Positions 1 through 8,370 of a stretch of DNA of 64,000 bases are shown in pieces (position 1 is the first letter of the stretch; the number at the start of each line of letters is the position of its first letter). Under the pieces are notes generated by a model that was given only the letters and a program-made list of their open reading frames with translations, was not told the origin of the DNA and ran no database searches. The translations under genes and the position numbers were made by a program. The stretch comes from an uncultured Erysipelotrichaceae bacterium. Lineage in GTDB: Bacteria; Bacillota_I; Bacilli_A; RFN20; CAG-826. Where the stretch lies: positions 35,738 through 99,737 of the forward strand of contig CADAXQ010000002.1 in NCBI GenBank assembly GCA_902791935.1. The letters are read 5' to 3'.

Positions 1-588
1 ATTGACTTCTAGAATCATATGCAGGTCTTTGGCCGTATTGATGATCTCATGGGCAATCTCTTTCGCGAAATCATCCCACTTCCCATACCACATCATATAT
101 AAATCAGGATGGGCGACATATAAGAAATCTCCTGACTTCATTCCTTCAATTAAGTTCTTTAAATAAAGACGGGTCGCTTCTTTGGTGTCATAAATATCGC
201 GATACCATACCCAGTGATTGGAAGAATCTAAGAAGCAATGTTGCCCAAGAAGCAGGTATTCCACGATGCCTTTTGACAATAAATCGTGATAGTAGTCCGC
301 CGTAACGTCTTCTAGCCATTCGGCTTCAAAGCCTAAATGAAGCTCAATCTTGGATTTGTACTTCTCTTTTAAGGCACGAATCGAATCAAAATAGTTTTGG
401 GCATAGACTTCGTACGTTCCGCGCATGCCCATTTGGGGGTGATGCGGGATCATCACGTGATCGGTAACCCCATAGATTTCGTAACCGTTCTCAATCGCGG
501 CACGAACAAATTCTTCATCCGTTCCTTCGGCATGCCCGCAACGGAACGTATGCGAATGATAATTCGCTTTTAAGGGTTTATTTTCCAT
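1..588 (-). CDS. PHP-family histidinol-phosphatase-like protein (HisJ/HisK family), 3'-truncated by window edge
   Basis: Manual translation from ATG at 588: MENKPLKANYHSHTFRCGHAEG...GVTDH...LEVN. HxH, H and DH PHP motifs. Overlaps the truA stop. Not in ORF track. Confidence 0.85.
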   Translation of the reverse strand, partial: MENKPLKANYHSHTFRCGHAEGTDEEFVRAAIENGYEIYGVTDHVMIPHHPQMGMRGTYEVYAQNYFDSIRALKEKYKSKIELHLGFEAEWLEDVTADYYHDLLSKGIVEYLLLGQHCFLDSSNHWVWYRDIYDTKEATRLYLKNLIEGMKSGDFLYVAHPDLYMMWYGKWDDFAKEIAHEIINTAKDLHMILEVN

Positions 589-1324
589 AACGAACCTCCT
601 CTAGCACTAACCCAATCGGATCGGCTTTATGATGCACGACTTCTCGTTTGCTTGCTACGAGTAACCGCTTCACTTCTATGATGTTCATCCTTCCTAAGGC
701 AACTTGGAAGGCCGTCCCCATCATCAAACGGACTTGATAGGTCATAAAGCCGTTCGCTTCGAACATGACTTTGCGGTGCCCTTCTTCGAAGACCAAATAA
801 TCTAACCTTGTTATATCACGAATAAAGCCATCTTTGTCTTCGGGTTTCGCCGTAAAGTTCTGAAAGTTATGCTCTCCTTGAAATAAGGATAGACAGGATT
901 GGCAATCCTCTTCGTTAAACTTCGGATAAGACATCTGAAACTCAAGCTTGCTTAGAACGTCCCGTTCTCCTAAATGGAACGAATAAGAATAGACCTTCCC
1001 AGTGCAAGAATGCCGGGCATCAAAACCATCTGGTCTTTCTTCTAAGGACCGCACCACCATATCTTTTGGTAAGACACGATTTAACGCGTGTAAGAAAGTG
1101 GCAACATGGGGGATTTTGTGCGATAAGACAAATGTAAAAGTTTGGCCTCTTGCCGATACCCCGCGGTCCGTACGGCCCGCACCATGAATGGTGACTTTTT
1201 CACTACACAAACGGGATAATGTTTCTTCTAAAGAACCTTGTACCGTGCGTTTATTGATTTGCTTTTCGAAACCATAAAAGTCCGACCCGTCGTACGCAAG
1301 AATGCCAAAGTAGGTCTGACTCAT
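578..1324 (-). CDS. truA: tRNA pseudouridine(38-40) synthase
   Basis: YDGSDFYG, GAGRTDRGVSA and F..YQVR motifs. Start placed at MSQTY (ATG 1324), overlapping the ecfT stop. Follows ecfAAT as usual. Confidence 0.95.
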   Translation of the reverse strand: MSQTYFGILAYDGSDFYGFEKQINKRTVQGSLEETLSRLCSEKVTIHGAGRTDRGVSARGQTFTFVLSHKIPHVATFLHALNRVLPKDMVVRSLEERPDGFDARHSCTGKVYSYSFHLGERDVLSKLEFQMSYPKFNEEDCQSCLSLFQGEHNFQNFTAKPEDKDGFIRDITRLDYLVFEEGHRKVMFEANGFMTYQVRLMMGTAFQVALGRMNIIEVKRLLVASKREVVHHKADPIGLVLEEVRYGK

Positions 1325-2187
1325 TTGGTGACTAACCCCCACCAAGTCGCATAGGCGTCAAAGTGGCCAAAGGCGACATAGAAGAAGCAGGCGATGACGG
1401 CAGAGACCACAACAAATTCAAAGAGATCCCACCACTGGAAATGAAGCTTCCGATATTTCGTCCGTTTTGAAGTTGGGTCATAGCCGCGGCATTCCATCGC
1501 GTTCGCGAGTTCATCGCTTCGCACAAACGAAGAAACAAACAACGGGATGATCAAAGAGATAATCGCTCTAAACTTAGCGAAGATATGGCCGTGCTTGAAG
1601 TCGACGCCACGGGAAGACTGGGCTTTTAAAATACGTTCCACGTCTTCTAAGATGGTCGGAATAAATCGTAAGGCCAAGGCAATAATCATGGCTAAAATTG
1701 GAGTCGGAACACCCATCCAACGTAACGGGGATAAATACCAATCTAAAGCATCCGTTAAGGCTAACGGGGTGGTAGTTGCCGTTAAAATCATCGAAACGGA
1801 TAACATGACAATTAACCGTAACATGACTTTGCCTGCTTCTAACAAACTCTCCCAATAAACTTTGTAGGTCCCAATTAAGAAATACCAATCCGCGTTGGCC
1901 TCGGAATAACGCGGAACAAAAATATAGATAATCAAAATAAAGACAACCATGAACCACAAGGAACTGAGCGACTTTAATAAAGATAATAAGGACATATGGG
2001 CAAGTCGTAATAAGACGATCGTCATGACAAATAAGATGCCAAGCATCGTATACGTCATGGCCCAGGTCGGATAGTTCACGAAAATCGCGATCATGAAAAT
2101 GATGAGCGAATAGATCTTTAATCGCGGATCCATCCGATGTAAGAACGAGTTGTATGGCACATAACGGCCCATGGTGAAGCGACTCAT
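1321..2187 (-). CDS. ecfT: ECF transporter transmembrane component T
   Basis: LHRMDPRLK, ALRFIPT, AQSSRG and AMECRGY motifs. Confidence 0.95.
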   Translation of the reverse strand: MSRFTMGRYVPYNSFLHRMDPRLKIYSLIIFMIAIFVNYPTWAMTYTMLGILFVMTIVLLRLAHMSLLSLLKSLSSLWFMVVFILIIYIFVPRYSEANADWYFLIGTYKVYWESLLEAGKVMLRLIVMLSVSMILTATTTPLALTDALDWYLSPLRWMGVPTPILAMIIALALRFIPTILEDVERILKAQSSRGVDFKHGHIFAKFRAIISLIIPLFVSSFVRSDELANAMECRGYDPTSKRTKYRKLHFQWWDLFEFVVVSAVIACFFYVAFGHFDAYATWWGLVTK

Positions 2188-3110
2188 TTTTTCGCCTCCA
2201 TGATGGCATTGGCCAAATCATCCACATTCCGTAACGAAGCGGTATTCAGTTTTAGTCCCCGTTTCTCTAAACGTAAAGCAAAATCAAAAACATGGGGGTT
2301 TTGCAAGGAATATTGCGTTAAATCCTGCCCGAATAGCTCAGAAGGTGGGCATTGTTTTACGACTTGCCCATTTTCTAACACAATCACTTCATCCGCATAT
2401 TGGGCTACCAAATCCATATCGTGTGTCACCAAAAAGACGCTGGTACCAGCTTGCTCGATTTTTTGAAAGAGAGCCATGGCGTCTTTCGCGGCCGCAGGAT
2501 CTAATCCTGCCGTTGGTTCATCCACAATTAGGACTTCTGGAGAGGTCGCTAAGATACCCGCAATCGCGACTTTCCGTTTCTCACCGCCCGATAAATCAAA
2601 GGGGCTACGGGTAAAGAAAGAAGAATCAAGGCCCACTTCTTCTAACGCTTGATGAGCTTTCTTTAACGCTTCTTCTTTGCTGTCCCCAAAGTTCTTCGGG
2701 CCAAACGCGACATCTTTTTCGACGGTTTCTTCAAATAACTGATATTCTGGGAATTGAAAGACTAAGCCAACATGTTTCCGTAATGCTTTGATGTCCTTGC
2801 TCTTATGCTTCTGCTGGATTCGTTTTTGCTCGGCTTTCCAAGCTTTCTTTTGCTCTTTGCTTAAATCTTTCGGCGCTTTTTTCGCCTTTTCGGGGTGATT
2901 GATATAATCCCCGATTTTCACGTAGCCATCCGTCGGAGACAATAAAGCGTTAATTAGTTGAACGAACGTAGACTTCCCACTGCCCGTACGGCCCACTAAT
3001 GCCACAAAACGATGTTCAGGAAGGGTGATATTAATGTCTTTTAAGGCATTGCTTTGAAACGGGCTTTTCGGATTATACGTGAAAAAGACGTGGGAGAAAT
3101 TTATCGGCAT
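2184..3110 (-). CDS. ecfA2: ECF transporter ATPase A2
   Basis: GRTGSGKS, VFQFPEYQLF, LSGGEKRKVAIAG, DEPTAGLDP. Confidence 0.95.
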   Translation of the reverse strand: MPINFSHVFFTYNPKSPFQSNALKDINITLPEHRFVALVGRTGSGKSTFVQLINALLSPTDGYVKIGDYINHPEKAKKAPKDLSKEQKKAWKAEQKRIQQKHKSKDIKALRKHVGLVFQFPEYQLFEETVEKDVAFGPKNFGDSKEEALKKAHQALEEVGLDSSFFTRSPFDLSGGEKRKVAIAGILATSPEVLIVDEPTAGLDPAAAKDAMALFQKIEQAGTSVFLVTHDMDLVAQYADEVIVLENGQVVKQCPPSELFGQDLTQYSLQNPHVFDFALRLEKRGLKLNTASLRNVDDLANAIMEAKK

Positions 3111-3931
3111 AAGAATTCCTCCAACTTTTCTTCCGTATCGATCTCGTCCGGAATCTCCATGCCTTTCGCCTTAAGCGCGGCCTTTAACGATAAAAAGAAT
3201 GGGGCATCTAAATGGATTTTCTTTAATTCTTCCGTATGGGAAAACACTTCAGCAGGCGTTCCCTCTAACACGAGTTTCCCCGCATTTAAGACCAAGACAT
3301 AATCGGAACGGAACGCTTCTTCCACGTCATGCGTAATCGAAAGAACCGTTAAGTTCGGATTCTCTTCTCTTAAATGGAACGTAATATCCAAGATATCCCG
3401 TTTTCCGACGGGGTCTAACATCGAAGTGGCTTCGTCATATAGCACTAACTCTGGGTGCATGGCTAAGACGCCGGCAATCGCCACCCGTTGTTTTTGGCCA
3501 CCCGATAAGTTTTCGGGCGACTGGTCTAAATAATCTTCCATCCCGACTTTCTTGGCATAGGTATGGATGAAGCCATCCATTTCTTCGTGGGGCACTTGAC
3601 GATTTTCTAAGCCGAAGGCGATATCATCTCGTACGGTCGATCCAACAAATTGATTATCGGGATTTTGAAAAACAAAGCCCATCTTCTTTCGTAAGGCATA
3701 TATCGCGGCATTGTCGGCTTTTTCTATTGGTTGCCCAAATAACGAAATCTTGCCTTCGTAATGGGTAATCAGACCGCTTAATAACTTCGCTAACGTGGAT
3801 TTGCCCGAACCATTATGCCCGATTAACGTCACATACTTCCCGGCCGGGATCGTAAACGAAACGTCATCGACGGCAGGCTTGGAATTCTTGTCGTACGCGT
3901 ATTTTAGGTGTTCAACTTCAATAATGTTCAT
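3101..3931 (-). CDS. ecfA1: ECF transporter ATPase A1
   Basis: GHNGSGKST, FQNPDNQFVG, LSGGQKQRVAIAG, DEATSMLDP. Confidence 0.95.
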   Translation of the reverse strand: MNIIEVEHLKYAYDKNSKPAVDDVSFTIPAGKYVTLIGHNGSGKSTLAKLLSGLITHYEGKISLFGQPIEKADNAAIYALRKKMGFVFQNPDNQFVGSTVRDDIAFGLENRQVPHEEMDGFIHTYAKKVGMEDYLDQSPENLSGGQKQRVAIAGVLAMHPELVLYDEATSMLDPVGKRDILDITFHLREENPNLTVLSITHDVEEAFRSDYVLVLNAGKLVLEGTPAEVFSHTEELKKIHLDAPFFLSLKAALKAKGMEIPDEIDTEEKLEEFLCR

Positions 3932-4416
3932 TCGGCTTTGATGTTCACGACCGGTCCTTGGTAATGCGTTAATTTTACGCCGGCCATTTCTAAGATGCTT
4001 TTTGATGCTTTGTAAATGTCATCGTCATGATGTTTGTCATCAAGATAGATGACTTCTTTAATCCCGACTTGCACGATGGCTTTCGCACATTCGTTGCAAG
4101 GGAATAAGGTCACATAGAGTTTGCAACCTGGCAAATACCCGGCATCACGAGTATTGAGAATGGCGTTTAACTCCGCATGGCAGACATAAAGGTATTTGCT
4201 CTCTAATCCTTGACCATGACCCCACGGCACTTTTTCATCATCAACGCCGCGCGGCATGCCATTATAGCCAATCGATACGACTTTGTGATCTTTATCGACG
4301 ATACAAGCTCCTACTTGGGTTGACGGATCTTTGCTTCGTAAGGCACTTAATTGGGCAATTCCCATGAAGTATTCATCCCACGAAATATAGTCATCGCGAT
4401 GTTTTTCTAAGGCCAT
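3928..4416 (-). CDS. dCMP deaminase (ComEB/DCTD family)
   Basis: SWDEYFM, HAELNAI and PCNECAK Zn motifs. Start at MALEK after AAGGAG. Confidence 0.92.
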   Translation of the reverse strand: MALEKHRDDYISWDEYFMGIAQLSALRSKDPSTQVGACIVDKDHKVVSIGYNGMPRGVDDEKVPWGHGQGLESKYLYVCHAELNAILNTRDAGYLPGCKLYVTLFPCNECAKAIVQVGIKEVIYLDDKHHDDDIYKASKSILEMAGVKLTHYQGPVVNIKAE

Positions 4417-4651
4417 AGTAAAGAACTCCTTTATCCATTCCGGATAAAAGTATAAACGCGAAATCATCTTCCTGCATTAAAAAGGGCCGGAAGAAAATAT
4501 GATGTCATATCGTTTTTCTGATGATTCAAAAGATTGCGAGATTCAACGATGCCTTCAGTAAGAAAAATACGACTTTCGTTCTATTTTCTTTACAATATTA
4601 AATAATCTAATTATATATACGAATAAATATTATTATTTCTATATTTACTGC

Positions 4652-4701
4652 TGCAAATTTTTAGAGCCAATTCTACAGGGTGGATGCAAATTTTTAGAGC
4701 C
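4652..4701. repeat. Perfect 17-bp direct repeat x2 (TGCAAATTTTTAGAGCC), 33-bp period
   Basis: Copies at 4652-4668 and 4685-4701 with a 16-bp spacer, in an AT-rich intergenic region abutting the GH13 stop codon. Confidence 0.9.
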
Positions 4702-4703
4702 TA

Positions 4704-6341
4704 TTATTTTACTTTCGCGATCAGCGCTTCGTACGGCCGTAACCATTTCTTATAGGTTAAGCCAGCATGCGGGTAGTTAGAAACCACCACTTGTCCAACC
4801 ATCGTGGAAATGGTGCGCGGAAGGTGTACCCGATGACCTGTGAGATTAATTAAGACAAATAACATCTCGCCTTGATAGCTTCGCCAATAAGCCAAGATGT
4901 TGGATTTCGTTTGCAAAGGCTCAAAGTCCCCTTCTCTTAACGTCGGAGATTGGGAACGGAACTTTAATAAATCGCGGTAATAAGACCATACGGATGTAGG
5001 GTCCTTTTGTTGCTTCTCCAAAGCCATCTCTGAAGCGTTCTTTGCTACTTTGATCCAAGGTTCGTGGTTCGAAAAACCAACATACTCCCCTTCTTTCCAG
5101 GGATAAGGTTGGTGCGCATGGTCTGCTGTCACATGGTTAACAATCTTCTCAGCTCGACGAACGGAACAATGATGTTTCCGTCTTAACGCTTCGTAGAATG
5201 TCGCGGCATCCGGATCCAAGAAATCCCGCGGTTCAAGGGAGGGATAGTTCATCATGCCGAGTTCTTCACCTTGGTAAAGGAAAGGAATGCCACGCAAGGA
5301 GAACAACAAAGTGCCGAGCGCTTTCGAAGCCATCGGGGCAAGACGAGGATTGACGTTCAAACGGTTTAAGGAACGTGGTAAGTCGGCATTCTCTAAATAG
5401 GGGACATTCCAATCCAGTTCTTGTTGCCAAGTAAAAATCATTTGACGGAATTCTTTTAAAGAATAGGTTGCTGTCGTCGGGCTTGGTTTCTTTTGCTGGC
5501 CCCAGCCATAGGAAGCGGGTTGCACAAAGTCCACTGCTTCTCCGACGAATCGTCTAGCATTCTTGTAAGGGATTTCGCCAGTGACACCGACGGTCATGCA
5601 GTCATAATGAGAGAACACATCATCATGAAATTTTTGGAACAAGATATGGTCGTTCTCCGTATCATGACAATGTTCTTGGCCGATTTGATAACGGGCGTGT
5701 TTGCCACGTTCTAACGATTCTTTGCATAACGAATCAATCGCATCAAAACGGAATCCATAAACTCCTAAGTCCAGATAGAAGCGGAAAATCTTTTCCATTT
5801 CTTCTTGGAACTTAGCCGCATCTCCGTTGATGTCGGCTTCACCTTTACGACGGGTATGGAGATACCATGCCTTTGCTTCGGGGACGTAAGTCCACGCCGA
5901 TTCCCCCGAAAGCATGGTCCAGTTATTCGGTGGCAGGCGGTTCTTCTTTCTTCCTACGGCCCAAACAAAGCAAGAACGATAAGGTGAATTCAAATCAAAA
6001 GACGCTTTAAACCAAGGGTGATTAATCGAGACGTGATGAATCGGAAAATCCAAAATGATTTTAAGATTCCGTTCCTTGGCGTCTTGGAGTAACTGCTTAA
6101 ATTCCTCTAACGAGCCGAATTCAGGGCGTAAAGAAAGATAGTCAGAGACGTCTTTTCCATCGTCACGTTTCGGAGAAGAAAAGATGGGAGATAAATCTAA
6201 GGCTTGAATCCCCAGGGCAGAAAAAGCATCGAAATGAGAACGGATTCCCGCAAAATCTCCTATGCCATCCCCGTTACCATCCGCGAAGGAAGGCACATAA
6301 ATTTGATAGACCGCCCAAGCGGAAGCATCCTTGGTTTTCAT
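4704..6341 (-). CDS. GH13 oligo-1,6-/alpha-glucosidase-like protein with degenerate active site
   Basis: VYQIY..SFADGNGDGIGD, PPNNW, GFRFDAI and LYQGEELGM present. Canonical TVGE reads TVGV and NHD reads NAD. Confidence 0.85.
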   Translation of the reverse strand: MKTKDASAWAVYQIYVPSFADGNGDGIGDFAGIRSHFDAFSALGIQALDLSPIFSSPKRDDGKDVSDYLSLRPEFGSLEEFKQLLQDAKERNLKIILDFPIHHVSINHPWFKASFDLNSPYRSCFVWAVGRKKNRLPPNNWTMLSGESAWTYVPEAKAWYLHTRRKGEADINGDAAKFQEEMEKIFRFYLDLGVYGFRFDAIDSLCKESLERGKHARYQIGQEHCHDTENDHILFQKFHDDVFSHYDCMTVGVTGEIPYKNARRFVGEAVDFVQPASYGWGQQKKPSPTTATYSLKEFRQMIFTWQQELDWNVPYLENADLPRSLNRLNVNPRLAPMASKALGTLLFSLRGIPFLYQGEELGMMNYPSLEPRDFLDPDAATFYEALRRKHHCSVRRAEKIVNHVTADHAHQPYPWKEGEYVGFSNHEPWIKVAKNASEMALEKQQKDPTSVWSYYRDLLKFRSQSPTLREGDFEPLQTKSNILAYWRSYQGEMLFVLINLTGHRVHLPRTISTMVGQVVVSNYPHAGLTYKKWLRPYEALIAKVK

Positions 6342-6349
6342 GCGCCACC

Positions 6350-6358
6350 ACTATAGCA
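6350..6358 (-). promoter_or_regulatory. Extended -10 promoter (TGcTATAGT) 8 nt before the GH13 ATG
   Basis: Minus strand TGCTATAGT-ggtggcgc-ATG. Confidence 0.6.
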
Positions 6359-6439
6359 CGAAATTCAAAAATACCTAGGAAAAGTCGCTTCAAAAATTAA
6401 AAATCACCGAGAAAAGCGACTTCTTTTTTGAACCAAAAC

Positions 6440-6471
6440 AAAAAGGATGCCCGAATCTTGGGCATCCTCTT
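6440..6471 (-). terminator. Rho-independent terminator after the winged-helix gene
   Basis: AGGATGCCC-7nt-GGGCATCCT stem followed by a T-run on the minus strand. Confidence 0.8.
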
Positions 6472-6487
6472 GGAAGCGATTGGTGGT

Positions 6488-6850
6488 TTAGAAACGTTGT
6501 AACATCAGCAAACGGTATCCAACTCCGTAAATGGAATCGATACGGGCGCCTTTGATGTAGGCAAGCTTACGGCGAATGGATGAGATATGAACATCGATGG
6601 TACGCGTTGGATAAGGACGATCGCTGTTCTTTAATTCTTCGTAACGCTTTTCCCCGTTCTCGCTTTCCCATATCATTTTGATCAAGTCATCGCGTGAAAC
6701 AACGTTCGGCCTTGCATCGTACAAAGTCTTCACGATCTTCCATTCGAGTGGAGTGAATCGAACATGATACCGGTAATAGGACAATGTGTGCTTTTCTGTG
6801 TCACATTGCACCAACGAACCATCACTTCTCTGAATCTCGACTAACGCCAT
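6488..6850 (-). CDS. Stand-alone OmpR/PhoB-type winged-helix DNA-binding protein (no receiver domain)
   Basis: FTPLEWKIV, VVSRDDLIKMIW, RTIDVHISSIRRKL, IYGVGYRL. ATG at 6850 follows SD AGGAGG. 120 aa. Confidence 0.85.
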   Translation of the reverse strand: MALVEIQRSDGSLVQCDTEKHTLSYYRYHVRFTPLEWKIVKTLYDARPNVVSRDDLIKMIWESENGEKRYEELKNSDRPYPTRTIDVHISSIRRKLAYIKGARIDSIYGVGYRLLMLQRF

Positions 6851-6887
6851 AAATACTTCCCTCCTGTATTGGCATCGGCAAATTAAG

Positions 6888-6916
6888 AATATACTCAAAT
6901 TATCGATTATTTTCAA
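6888..6916 (-). promoter_or_regulatory. SigmaA-type promoter of the winged-helix gene
   Basis: TTGAAA (6916-6911), 17-bp spacer, TATATT (6893-6888). The -35 box abuts the IS target duplication. Confidence 0.55.
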
Positions 6917-6938
6917 TGCATTACCAAACGTCTTGTAG

Positions 6939-7031
6939 TTATCCAGTGATTTGTTTCTAGGCAATTATCCAGTGATTTGTTTCTACCCATCCATCCCCCT
7001 AGGGGGATCCGATTATCCAGTGATTTGTTTC
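6939..7031. repeat. Three copies of TTATCCAGTGATTTGTTTC at the IS left end, plus a 16-bp palindrome
   Basis: Copies start at 6939, 6965 and 7013. ATCCCCCTAGGGGGAT at 6993-7008. One inverted copy at the right end. Confidence 0.9.
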
Positions 7032-7075
7032 CATCTAATTCGCCAACTGGGATGATTAGGTCGGAGGGACAAGCC

Positions 7076-8332
7076 ATGAACGGACTCAATGACACATACG
7101 TAGAATCGGTGATTAGGAAGGCGAAAGAGGGAAAGCTCACGACGGGGCAGGCCGCCGCCAAGCTCGGAATAAGCAAGCAATACGTGAACAGGCTGAAGAG
7201 GGCCTATGCCGAAAAGGGGGCTTCCGCCTTCGGGCACGGCAATCGCGGGAAGGCGCCAAAATGGAAGACGGATCCCGAGACCGAAGTGAGGATACTGTCA
7301 CTTTACGGGGGAAAATACGCCGGCTTCAACTTCAGGCATTTCGCCGAGAAGCTGAACGAGGAGGAAGGGATTCGCGCCACCTACAGAAACGCCCACAGGA
7401 TCCTGACCGCCGCCGGCTTCAGATCGCCGAAGGGGCACAGGGCGAAAAAAGAAAAGGCCGAGCACCCTTCCAGGCCGAGGAGGAAATGCTTCGGGGAGCT
7501 GCTGCAGATTGACGCCAGCATACACAATTGGTTCGGGGAGGCGCTCCCGAAGGCCACCCTCCACGGGGCCATAGACGACGCCACCGGAACCGTGATGGGG
7601 CTTTTCTTCGACAAGGAGGAAACCCTCAAGGGTTACTATGAGATGATGTGGCAGATCCTCAATAAATACGGGATCCCGGAGGCCTTTTACGGCGACAACC
7701 GCACCATATTCGAGTTCAGGAAGCTTTCCGAGAAGAACCAAACGATCGACCGCGATGTCCACATCAACTTCAAACGCATGTGCCAGCAGCTCGGGATCGA
7801 GTTGATAACCACCTCGGTCTCCCAGGCCAAAGGCAGGATCGAGAGGCTTTGGGGGACGCTTCAGTCGAGGCTGATATCCGAGCTGAGGCTGAGGAGCATA
7901 ACCACGATCGGCGAAGCCAATGCCTATCTTCCCGAGTTCATGGCCGACTACAACCGGCGATTCGCCATCAAGCCCGAGATGGAGTCGTCGGTCTTCGCCC
8001 CGGCCCCATCGCCGAGGGAAATCGATTTCTACCTCTCCGTCGAGTTCCAAAGGGTCGCGGACAACGGCTCGTCGTTCGGGTTCGAAGGGAAAAGGCACCA
8101 GCTAATCGATGAGGACGGAATCGTCGCCAAGATCCCTCCGAAGACCGTCGTCAACATATACGTCACCAGATCCGGGAAGCGCGTCGGCGTGTTCGACGGC
8201 AGGCTATGGGACCTGGTGGAAATCGAAAGAAGGCAAGTGGAGCCGAAGCCGAAGCCCGTGGGCAGGCCAAAATACATCCCAGGCCCGAACCACCCGTGGA
8301 GGAGGTACGTTCTAAAAGCCAAGAAGGGCTAG
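7076..8332 (+). CDS. DDE transposase (HTH plus rve integrase core), IS1202/ISNCY type
   Basis: N-terminal HTH, GELLQIDASIHNW, AIDDATG, YGDN, QAKGRIERLWGTLQSRL and C-terminal P..NHPWR. SD GGAGG before ATG 7076. Stop lies inside the right IR. Confidence 0.93.
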   Translation: MNGLNDTYVESVIRKAKEGKLTTGQAAAKLGISKQYVNRLKRAYAEKGASAFGHGNRGKAPKWKTDPETEVRILSLYGGKYAGFNFRHFAEKLNEEEGIRATYRNAHRILTAAGFRSPKGHRAKKEKAEHPSRPRRKCFGELLQIDASIHNWFGEALPKATLHGAIDDATGTVMGLFFDKEETLKGYYEMMWQILNKYGIPEAFYGDNRTIFEFRKLSEKNQTIDRDVHINFKRMCQQLGIELITTSVSQAKGRIERLWGTLQSRLISELRLRSITTIGEANAYLPEFMADYNRRFAIKPEMESSVFAPAPSPREIDFYLSVEFQRVADNGSSFGFEGKRHQLIDEDGIVAKIPPKTVVNIYVTRSGKRVGVFDGRLWDLVEIERRQVEPKPKPVGRPKYIPGPNHPWRRYVLKAKKG

Positions 8333-8370
8333 AAACAAATCACTGGATAATGACATGCATTACCAAACGT

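Larger units (their letters stand above)
6934..8355 (+). mobile_element. Intact IS1202-like (ISNCY) insertion sequence, 1422 bp
   Basis: 27-bp terminal IRs with TGT..ACA ends and 2 mismatches (6934-6960 and 8329-8355). Exact 17-bp flanking repeat TGCATTACCAAACGTCT (6917-6933 and 8356-8372). Single DDE transposase. Clearly more GC-rich than the host. Confidence 0.95.

Noticed and set aside
4652-4701. CRISPR mini-array (TTTTAGAGC resembles the start of a type II-A repeat)
   Set aside because: Only two 17-bp units with a 16-bp spacer, and no cas genes or tracrRNA
6851-6964. N-terminal extension of the 158-aa winged-helix ORF, and the 6977 start of the transposase
   Set aside because: Both run through IS end sequence. 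SD-supported starts are 6850 and 7076.
6939-7031. CRISPR-like or iteron-like triple repeat
   Set aside because: Explained as transposase-binding sites, since the same motif forms the terminal inverted repeats and spacing is irregular
7298-8098. 266-aa antisense ORF and other short ORFs within the IS
   Set aside because: Shadow ORFs caused by high GC3, with no recognisable motifs
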